Below are positions 17,367-24,444 of a stretch of DNA of 59,683 nucleotides, piece by piece (position 1 is the first letter of the stretch; each line of letters opens with the position of its first letter). The position numbers and the translations under genes were made by a program. Origin of the DNA: Candidatus Omnitrophota bacterium (lineage in GTDB: Bacteria; Omnitrophota; Gorgyraeia; Zapsychrales; Fredricksoniimonadaceae); contig JADFYI010000003.1 of NCBI GenBank assembly GCA_015233145.1, forward strand, positions 105,421 through 165,103. Reading direction: 5' to 3'. Below the pieces are notes generated by a model that was not told where the DNA came from, ran no database searches, and saw only the letters and a program-made list of their open reading frames with translations.

Positions 17367-17615
17367 ATGGACAAACGACTCGGATTTGTTGGCATCATTA
17401 TTGAAAACCGTTTAAAAGTCGCGCCGTTAGTGAACAAGATTCTTTCAGAGTATGGCGAGGAAATTATTGCCCGCGTCGGTGTCCCTTATAAAGAACGGCA
17501 TTGCAGTGTTATTACCTTGACAGTTGATATGACCACCGATGAACTGGGGGGCTTGACTGGAAAACTTGGGGCCATTGAGGGCGTGACCGTGCGTTCAGGC
17601 CTTGCAAAACAATAG
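17367..17615 (+). CDS. TM1266-family iron-only hydrogenase system regulator (ACT/NikR-C-like small protein)
   Basis: MDKRLGFVGIIIENR...ARVGVPYKERHCSVITLTVD pattern and its position directly upstream of hydF/G/E. The ATG at 17367 follows GGAGG; the listed TTG at 17331 lies inside the terminator. Confidence 0.7.
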   Translation: MDKRLGFVGIIIENRLKVAPLVNKILSEYGEEIIARVGVPYKERHCSVITLTVDMTTDELGGLTGKLGAIEGVTVRSGLAKQ

Positions 17616-17623
17616 GATCATTT

Positions 17624-18994
17624 ATGGATTTTAGAACAGAGCTCGATATGCTTGGGGAAAAACAAGTTCCGGCCAATGCCTACTGGGGCATTCATACCCA
17701 GCGGGCCATTGAGAATTTTTCTTTAAGTTCCCGCCGGGTGCCGTTGGCCCTGATACGGGCTGTAGCCCAGGTCAAGAAAGCCGCGGCCTTGGCCAATGAA
17801 GAACTGGGTTTCCTGCCAAAGGACAAAGCGTGTGCGATTGTGGCGGCCTGTGATGATGTCATGGATGGAAGTTTAAGCGATGCCTTTCCTTTGGATGCGC
17901 TTCAAGGGGGTGCGGGAACTTCTACCAATATGAATGTGAATGAAGTCGTGGCCAACCGCGCCATTGAAATTTTGGGAGGAAAAAAGGGGGAATATTCGCT
18001 GGTGCATCCTTTGGAGCATGTGAATCTTCACCAGTCCACCAATGATGTTTATCCCACGGCCTTAAAGATTGCCCTTATCAGGGAACTTCAGCGGACAAGT
18101 GAGGCCGTGGCTGCCTTGCAGGGTGCTTTTCAGCGCAAGGAAAAAGAATTTGCGTCTATCGTCAAGATTGGCCGCAGTGAGCTTCAGGATGCTGTGCCCA
18201 TGACACTGGGAGCTGAATTTTCAGGATTTAGTGAGGCCATATCACGTGACCGCTGGCGTATTTTTAAATGTGAAGAGCGCCTTCGGGTGTTGAATATCGG
18301 TGCGACTGCCATTGGCACAGGCCTGGGGAGCCCGCGGGATTATATTTTTCTGGTGATCGAGAAGTTAAGAGATTTAACGGGCTTAGGGATTAGCCGTGGA
18401 GAAAATCCTGTCGGAGAAACAGCCAATGCCGATGTCTTTGTGGAAGTCTCCGGCATTTTGAAAGCTCATGCCGCGAGCCTTGTGAAGATTTCAGGAGACC
18501 TCCGCCTTTTGAATTACCTGGGTGAGATCCGTTTGCCGCAGCTTCAGGCCGGCTCATCCATCATGCCGGGGAAGGTGAATCCTGTCATGCTTGAGGCCGC
18601 CATCCAGGTGGGGTTACAGGTGATGGCCAATGACGGGCTTGTGACTGAAACGGTTTCCCGGGGAACTCTGCAGATCAATGAATTTTTACCGTTACTGGCG
18701 AGCGCGATTCTGGAATCCGTCGAGATTATGACTGCGATTAATTTGTCTTTGACGGAGTATATTGATGGGATCAAGGCTGATGAGGCCAGGTGCCGGTATT
18801 ATTTTGACCGCAGCCGCACGATTGTGACAGCGTTTTTGCCGGTGATCGGCTATGACAGGGCGAATGGGCTTTTAAAAGAATTTGATGCTGCGGGCTGCGA
18901 GGATTTTAGAGCATTTTTGACAGAGAAGCTGGGGGAAGAGGTTGTAGAAAAGATTCTGGCGCCTCATAACTTAATGGCACTAGGGTATCGATAA
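17624..18994 (+). CDS. Aspartate ammonia-lyase/fumarase-family lyase (hydrogenase-maturation-linked type)
   Basis: GSSIMPGKVNP signature (GSxxMxxKxN), TNMNVNEV, HQSTNDVYPT. Confidence 0.85.
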   Translation: MDFRTELDMLGEKQVPANAYWGIHTQRAIENFSLSSRRVPLALIRAVAQVKKAAALANEELGFLPKDKACAIVAACDDVMDGSLSDAFPLDALQGGAGTSTNMNVNEVVANRAIEILGGKKGEYSLVHPLEHVNLHQSTNDVYPTALKIALIRELQRTSEAVAALQGAFQRKEKEFASIVKIGRSELQDAVPMTLGAEFSGFSEAISRDRWRIFKCEERLRVLNIGATAIGTGLGSPRDYIFLVIEKLRDLTGLGISRGENPVGETANADVFVEVSGILKAHAASLVKISGDLRLLNYLGEIRLPQLQAGSSIMPGKVNPVMLEAAIQVGLQVMANDGLVTETVSRGTLQINEFLPLLASAILESVEIMTAINLSLTEYIDGIKADEARCRYYFDRSRTIVTAFLPVIGYDRANGLLKEFDAAGCEDFRAFLTEKLGEEVVEKILAPHNLMALGYR

Positions 18995-19001
18995 TTTTTT
19001 T

Positions 19002-19045
19002 CATGTTGACAGCTTTGTCTGCTTGTCGCAGACGCTGTCAACATG
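19002..19045 (+). other. Intercistronic stem-loop between the lyase gene and hydF
   Basis: CATGTTGACAGC (19002-19013) pairs with GCTGTCAACATG (19034-19045). An inner stem pairs GTCTGC with GCAGAC. No downstream T-run. Confidence 0.7.
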
Positions 19046-19069
19046 ATTTCGTTAGGGAATAGAGTGATT

Positions 19070-20320
19070 ATGCAAACAACACCAAAATCATTAAGGCTTC
19101 ATATCGGAATTTTTGGCCGCACCAATGTCGGGAAATCGAGTTTTTTGAACATGCTGGCAGGCCAGGACGTGGCCATTACCTCGCCTGTGGCCGGAACAAC
19201 GACTGATGTGGTGGAAAAGCCCACGGAGCTTTTGCCTTTGGGGCCTGTGGTTTTTCTGGATACGGCAGGGCTTCTTGACGTATCTCTTTTGGGAGAAAAA
19301 CGCCTGGAGCGGACCCGTCGGGCGCTTGACCGTTCAGATGTGGCCCTGGTTTTGGCAGAGCCTGGAGTGTGGGAAGAGGCAGAACAGGCGTTGGTCAAGG
19401 AGCTTAAAGAAAAAAAGAAGCCGTTTATTGTTATTGTTAACAAATCTGATTTATCGCCTTCAGCCAAAGAATTTTCAGAAACTTTAAAATCAGCGGGCGC
19501 ACAAACACTTTTGTGTTCAAGCATTATTAAGGATGGCCGGGAAGCTTTTATGAATGACCTGAAGCGTTTGCTGATTCAAATCTGCCCTGAAGATTTTTTA
19601 AGGCCGCCGGCCTTGATCGGCGACCTTGTTCCCTCGGGTGGATTGGCCGTCCTGGTGGTCCCTATTGATCTTCAGGCTCCCAAGGGCCGGCTTATTCTGC
19701 CGCAGGTGCAGACGATTCGTGACGCGCTGGATAATGACGCGGCTACCCTTGTGGTCAAAGAGCGCGAATACGCCCATGCTTTGCAAAATTTAAAGAATCC
19801 GCCGGCTGTTGTGGTGTGCGATTCGCAGGTGATTATGAAAGTCGTGGCTGATACGCCCAAGGATGTGAAGTGTACGACTTTTTCAATCCTTTTTGCGCGG
19901 TTTAAGGGTGACCTTGTTGAGCTGGCTCAGGGAGCCGCGCATATTGATGCGCTTAAGCCCCATGATAAAGTGCTTATTGCCGAGAGCTGTTCCCATCATG
20001 CGGCGGAAGATGATATTGGCCGCGTCAAGATTCCGCGCTGGCTCAAGCAATATGTAGGAGGAGATTTGAAGGTTGACCATTTTGCCGGCCGGGATTATCC
20101 GGCGAACTTAAAAGATTATAAGCTGATTATTCACTGCGGGTCATGCATGTTGACGCGCGGCGAGATGCTTTTTCGGATTCATCAGGCCAGAGAAAAAGGG
20201 GTTCCCATTACCAATTACGGAGTGGCCATAGCGTTTGTCCAGGGTGTTTTACCGCGTGCCTTGTCGCCGTTTCCGGCGGCATTGAGCGCGTTTGAAAAAG
20301 AGAGGTTATTATGCCGATAG
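19070..20320 (+). CDS. hydF: [FeFe]-hydrogenase H-cluster maturation GTPase HydF
   Basis: GRTNVGKSSFLN (G1), DTAG, NKSD. C-terminal cluster ligands CSHH...HCGSCM. The start at 19070 is preferred because the ATG at 19043 lies inside the stem-loop. Confidence 0.9.
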   Translation: MQTTPKSLRLHIGIFGRTNVGKSSFLNMLAGQDVAITSPVAGTTTDVVEKPTELLPLGPVVFLDTAGLLDVSLLGEKRLERTRRALDRSDVALVLAEPGVWEEAEQALVKELKEKKKPFIVIVNKSDLSPSAKEFSETLKSAGAQTLLCSSIIKDGREAFMNDLKRLLIQICPEDFLRPPALIGDLVPSGGLAVLVVPIDLQAPKGRLILPQVQTIRDALDNDAATLVVKEREYAHALQNLKNPPAVVVCDSQVIMKVVADTPKDVKCTTFSILFARFKGDLVELAQGAAHIDALKPHDKVLIAESCSHHAAEDDIGRVKIPRWLKQYVGGDLKVDHFAGRDYPANLKDYKLIIHCGSCMLTRGEMLFRIHQAREKGVPITNYGVAIAFVQGVLPRALSPFPAALSAFEKERLLCR

Positions 20321-21807
20321 AAACAGTCCCCGGCGCCTGGGTTAATAAGCGCATCAAGGAAGATGAGATCACAAAATACATGGAGCATGGCCGTGATTTT
20401 ATCCCGGATGATGAGATTGCCTTCAAAATCAAAAATGCGCCGAAAGACCCTGCCCCTCAGCAAGTGCGGGATATTTTGAAAAAATCCATGGCCATAAAAG
20501 ACCTTACACCAGACGAGGTGGCGATCCTTATTAATGTGAAGGACAAATCCCTTTTGGAAGAAATGCGGGACACGGCCTTTAAGATCAAGGTCAAGATTTA
20601 TGATAACCGCATTGTGACGTTTGCCCCTTTTTATCTGGGGAACTTTTGCGTGAACAGCTGCGCCTATTGCGGGTTCAGCAAGGATAATGCCACGGCTAAA
20701 CGCAAGGTCCTTAATGAACAGGAAATCCGAAAGGAAGTCGAGGTTCTGGCCGGGAAGATCGGCCACAAGCGTTTGATTGTTGTTTATGGCGAGCATCCGA
20801 AAAATGATGTGGATTATATTGTCGAAAGCCTGAAAACGATTTATGCCGTGAAAGTCAAAACAAAAAACGGGCATGGCTCTATCCGCCGGGTGAATGTGAA
20901 TGCGCCTGCTTTTTCTGTTGATGATTTGAAGAAAATCAATGAGGCCGGCATCGGCACTTATCAGGTTTTTCAGGAAACTTACCATAAAGAGACTTATGCC
21001 CGGATGCATCCGGTCAGCACGCTTAAAGGCAATTACCGTTGGCGGCTTTATTGCATGCACCGGGCCATGGAGGCAGGGATTGATGATGTGGGCATTGGCG
21101 CGCTTTTTGGCCTTTACGACTGGCGTTTTGAGTTGATGGCCTTGATTTATCACACCCAGGAGCTTGAAAAAAAGCTGGGGGTTGGGGCGCACACGATTTC
21201 TTTTCCGCGGCTTGTGCCGGCCTTGAATTCTGTTATTACCCCGGATTGGCCGTATTTGGTCAATGACGAGGATTTTAAGAAGATCATGATGATTATCCGC
21301 CTGGCTGTGCCTTATACCGGGATGATCATTACCGCGCGCGAGAAAGCTTCCATTCGCGATGAAGCCCTGATGCTGGGGGTGACTCAAATGGATGCCTCGA
21401 GCCGTATTGCGATCGGCGGATATTCTGATGTCGTGACGGCCCAGGAGAAAAATAAACAGCAATTTATTTTGGGAGATACCCGCAGCCTTGATGAGTTAAT
21501 CCGTGATTTTGCCCAAAAAGGGATTATCACGTCGTTTTGTACCGCCGGATACCGCTGCGGCAGGACAGGCAAGTGCATCATGGATTTGCTGCGCAGCGGC
21601 GCTGAAGGCAAGTTTTGCAAGCTGAACGCTGTTTTGACGTTTCAGGAATGGCTCGATGATTTTGGCAGTGAAGATACTCGCCGGATGGGTCTGCCCCTGA
21701 TTGAAAAGGAAATTGCTGAGATCAAGGCCAAAAACCCCAAGGCCCTGGATATGTTTTTGCAATACCATGCACGGATTAAGAAGGGGGAAAGGGATTTATA
21801 TTTGTAA
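20311..21807 (+). CDS. hydG: [FeFe]-hydrogenase H-cluster radical SAM maturase HydG
   Basis: CVNSCAYCGF (CX3CX2C) and C-terminal CTAGYRCGRTGKC cluster region. 10-nt overlap with hydF. Confidence 0.9.
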   Translation: MPIETVPGAWVNKRIKEDEITKYMEHGRDFIPDDEIAFKIKNAPKDPAPQQVRDILKKSMAIKDLTPDEVAILINVKDKSLLEEMRDTAFKIKVKIYDNRIVTFAPFYLGNFCVNSCAYCGFSKDNATAKRKVLNEQEIRKEVEVLAGKIGHKRLIVVYGEHPKNDVDYIVESLKTIYAVKVKTKNGHGSIRRVNVNAPAFSVDDLKKINEAGIGTYQVFQETYHKETYARMHPVSTLKGNYRWRLYCMHRAMEAGIDDVGIGALFGLYDWRFELMALIYHTQELEKKLGVGAHTISFPRLVPALNSVITPDWPYLVNDEDFKKIMMIIRLAVPYTGMIITAREKASIRDEALMLGVTQMDASSRIAIGGYSDVVTAQEKNKQQFILGDTRSLDELIRDFAQKGIITSFCTAGYRCGRTGKCIMDLLRSGAEGKFCKLNAVLTFQEWLDDFGSEDTRRMGLPLIEKEIAEIKAKNPKALDMFLQYHARIKKGERDLYL

Positions 21808-22007
21808 GGGCTGCAAGTGGCGTGATTTGTTGTCTCCTTACATTTTTCTCGCGGACGTTTGGCCGCCCCAGCGTGGCGGCCGGCACTCGACGGTCTCGCT
21901 CGCTCTTCGGCATCACATTGTGATGCCGAAACCATGCCCGCTCGCTCGACCGACGCCGCTCGAAAAATTCCAGTCGCCAACATCACGCCCCGCGAAGGCT
22001 TAAAGTT
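21808..22007 (+). other. GC-rich, highly self-complementary spacer between hydG and the next ORF (candidate structured RNA or element)
   Basis: Closing stem GGCGTGATttGTTG (21819-21832) with CAACATCACGCC (21978-21989). Hairpin GGCCGCC/GGCGGCC (21861-21881). Perfect 12-bp palindrome TTCGGCATCACA t TGTGATGCCGAA (21906-21930), flanked by CTCGCTCGCTC / CGCTCGCTCGA direct repeats. Confidence 0.6.
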
Positions 22008-22280
22008 ATGAGTATTTCTAAAACTAATCTCGAAGTTGTTTTTGCGTTTGAAAGTTTACGGCAGAAGCTTGAGGAAGAATCCGGCGGGCCTGTGCATTTG
22101 GTTAAAATTGTGGGGCCCCGCTGGTCGTATGTGGCGGGCACGGTGCCCGAGGAGCTTCCTTGCGTGGTGCCTGAGCGCGTGATTTTGAATGACGACTGGG
22201 CGCTTATGTTTTATCCGGCCCATAACCGTGCTGTTGATAGTCAGCGTATCCGTGAGCTTTTTTTAAGAAGCATTTCTTGA
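22008..22280 (+). CDS. Hypothetical 90-aa protein embedded between hydG and hydE
   Basis: Intact ORF ending 9 nt before hydE. No recognisable motif. Confidence 0.5.
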   Translation: MSISKTNLEVVFAFESLRQKLEEESGGPVHLVKIVGPRWSYVAGTVPEELPCVVPERVILNDDWALMFYPAHNRAVDSQRIRELFLRSIS

Positions 22281-22289
22281 GGGGCTGCC

Positions 22290-23303
22290 ATGAGGCGTGA
22301 TGAGATCATAAAACAGTTAAAGAATCCTGACACGTCTGAACTTTTTCGTGAGGCCGACCGTGTGCGCAAGGAACAGGTGGGCGATGGTGTCCATTTGCGC
22401 GGACTTATTGAATTTTCCAATGCCTGCGTACGGGATTGCCTTTATTGCGGGCTTCGCCGGTCTAACCGTGATGTGAAGCGGTATCAGATGAGTATTGATG
22501 AGATTTTTGAAACTGTTCAAACCGCGCAAAAGCTTGGCTATAGAAGTGTTGTGCTCCAGTCCGGGGAAAACTGCCAGTATCCGACGGATGCCATGTGCGG
22601 GCTTCTTTCGAAGATCAAGAAGGAATTTAACCTCGCCGTGACGTTGTCCATAGGGGAGAAAACGCGGGAAGAGTATGCGGCGTTTAAGGCGGCAGGGGCT
22701 GACCGGTATCTGTTGCGTTTTGAGACTTCGGCGGAGAAATTGTTTTCAAAGCTCAAGCCTGACTCGTCGTACGGGCAAAGGATGCTCTGTTTACAGTGGC
22801 TGCGCGAGCTGGGGTTTCAGGTCGGCTCCGGCATTATGGTCGGGCTTCCCGGGCAGGCCGAAGAGATGATCGCCGACGACATCCTCCTTATGGAAAAACT
22901 TGACCTGGACATGATCGGCATTGGCCCTTTTATTGCCAACCCGCAAACCCCTTTAAATGATGCGCCGTCCGGCACGCTCGACTTGACCCTTAAGACGCTC
23001 GCCCTTATCCGGATTGTGACGAAAAACACCCATCTTCCCGCTACAACAGCCATGGGGTCCATGGACCCTCAGGGACGGGAGAAGGCCCTTCAGTGCGGTG
23101 CGAATGTCCTGATGCCGAATGTGACGCCCACCATGTATCGGGAGCATTATCAGTTATACCCTAACAAGATCTGCATAAAAGATAAACCCGGCGATTGCTG
23201 GATGTGTATCTCCGGCATGGTCCGCATGCTGGGAAGAGTTGTCGCCGAAGACCCGGGCCACAGCCTTAAATTTTCTTCCCGGTTATTCAGGGGTTCTTAT
23301 TAA
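22290..23303 (+). CDS. hydE: [FeFe]-hydrogenase H-cluster radical SAM maturase HydE
   Basis: CVRDCLYCGLRRSN cluster motif. BioB-like fold sequence (GEKTREEYAAFKAAGADRYLLRFETS). Confidence 0.9.
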   Translation: MRRDEIIKQLKNPDTSELFREADRVRKEQVGDGVHLRGLIEFSNACVRDCLYCGLRRSNRDVKRYQMSIDEIFETVQTAQKLGYRSVVLQSGENCQYPTDAMCGLLSKIKKEFNLAVTLSIGEKTREEYAAFKAAGADRYLLRFETSAEKLFSKLKPDSSYGQRMLCLQWLRELGFQVGSGIMVGLPGQAEEMIADDILLMEKLDLDMIGIGPFIANPQTPLNDAPSGTLDLTLKTLALIRIVTKNTHLPATTAMGSMDPQGREKALQCGANVLMPNVTPTMYREHYQLYPNKICIKDKPGDCWMCISGMVRMLGRVVAEDPGHSLKFSSRLFRGSY

Positions 23304-23494
23304 ATACTCCGACGAATTACGCTGGATTAAACAAGAATTTCGAAAGATTTCCGGCGGGGAAAAAGAGTTGACACGTAAAATTCCCGCAGGTAAGATGCCT
23401 ACAGTTCTTTCATTTCCCTTATGAATTTTCCTTTCTCGGCGAGAAAAAAATCCAAAAATCTTTTAAAAATGTCTTGACAGTGAAACCCTGGGGA

Positions 23495-23542
23495 ATACCA
23501 TATGTTGTATAGGATGATTAAAGGGATAACAATATGTAGGTT
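23495..23542 (+). promoter_or_regulatory. Two candidate NrdR boxes, 32 bp apart
   Basis: ATACCATATGTTGTAT (23495-23510) and TAACAATATGTAGGTT (23527-23542) resemble the acaCwAtATaTwGtgt consensus (about 12/16 and 10/16 by eye). They overlap a possible TTGTAT-17-AACAAT promoter. An upstream TTGACA sits at 23474. Confidence 0.45.
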
Positions 23543-23585
23543 TTATGGGGCTGCCGGAGTTTAGGCAGCTTTTAACATATTTTAC

Positions 23586-24401
23586 GTGAATCGTATGGTT
23601 TCATTGATGGCCCGTCCTCATTTCAAGCACATTTATGGCCCTGTTTATTCCTGGCGTTTAGGAATGTCCTTAGGCATAGACCCCCTCACCACAGACAAGA
23701 AATACTGCAGTTTTAATTGTTCCTATTGCCAGCTTGGGGCCAACAGGGATGTTTGCCTTGACCGCAGGGCGTTTGTGCCTGTTGAGGAAGTAGTGGCTGA
23801 AGTCAAGGCCCTTGAACCGCATTCTCAGATTGATTATCTTACCTTTTCAGGCCATGGGGAGCCAACCCTGGCCTCTAATCTGGGGGAGATGATCCGCGCA
23901 GTCAAGTCTATAAGGAATGACAAGGTTGCCGTAATCACAAACTCTTCCACAGTTATCAGGCCTGATGTCCAGGCTGATCTTAAGCTTGCAGATTTGGTGC
24001 TTTTTAAGATTGACGCCGCAGACCAGAAAACATTCGAAGTCCTTGCCCAGCCCGTGCCAGGATTAAAGCTTGAAAATATTGTCCGCGGCATCAAGGATTT
24101 TAAAAAAACATTTAAGGGGAAGTTAGCCCTGCAGATGATGTTTGTTGCGGCCAACAAGTCTTGGGCGCCGGAGATGGCGTCACTGGCGCGCGACATTGCG
24201 CCTGATGAGGTTCAGATCAATACTCCGCTTCGGCCAGGCAATGAAAAGCCTTTGAGCGAGGCTGAGATGGCCCAGATTAAGAAATGCTTTATTTCCGCCG
24301 GGCTGAGCAATGTCCGTTCGGTTTATGAAGAAGAGAAAAAAGAATGTAAGCCTTTTGACGAGCACGCGACAGTTAAACGTCATGGTCGTTATAAAGGCTA
24401 G
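23586..24401 (+). CDS. Radical SAM protein (COG0731-like), first gene of the nrdDG operon
   Basis: IYGPVYSWRLGMSLGIDPL...CSFNCSYCQLG cluster motif. The start is uncertain: GTG 23586, ATG 23595 or ATG 23607. Confidence 0.75.
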   Translation: MNRMVSLMARPHFKHIYGPVYSWRLGMSLGIDPLTTDKKYCSFNCSYCQLGANRDVCLDRRAFVPVEEVVAEVKALEPHSQIDYLTFSGHGEPTLASNLGEMIRAVKSIRNDKVAVITNSSTVIRPDVQADLKLADLVLFKIDAADQKTFEVLAQPVPGLKLENIVRGIKDFKKTFKGKLALQMMFVAANKSWAPEMASLARDIAPDEVQINTPLRPGNEKPLSEAEMAQIKKCFISAGLSNVRSVYEEEKKECKPFDEHATVKRHGRYKG

Positions 24402-24444
24402 GCTTTAGTTATCATTTATACTCTTTCAACCCAGGGGGTGGCTA

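Noticed and set aside
20215-21462. 415-aa ORF on the minus strand
   Set aside because: It lies entirely antisense to hydG, which has unmistakable radical SAM and C-terminal cluster motifs. The translation is low-complexity (His/Arg/Ile-rich) with no motif, so it is a shadow ORF.
21642-22003. ORFs 21642..21986 (-) and 21701..22003 (+) crossing the GC-rich spacer
   Set aside because: The Arg/Ala/Pro-rich translations are driven by GC content. They overlap the hydG 3' end, and they have no start context or motifs. The region is treated as non-coding structured sequence instead.
23545-23574. 9-aa leader peptide ORF (MGLPEFRQL) over the hairpin upstream of the radical SAM/nrdD operon, and a similar 9-aa ORF at 23396-23425
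   Set aside because: Both are too short, lack an RBS, and are not enriched in any regulatory amino acid. They are noted only as part of the leader hairpin.
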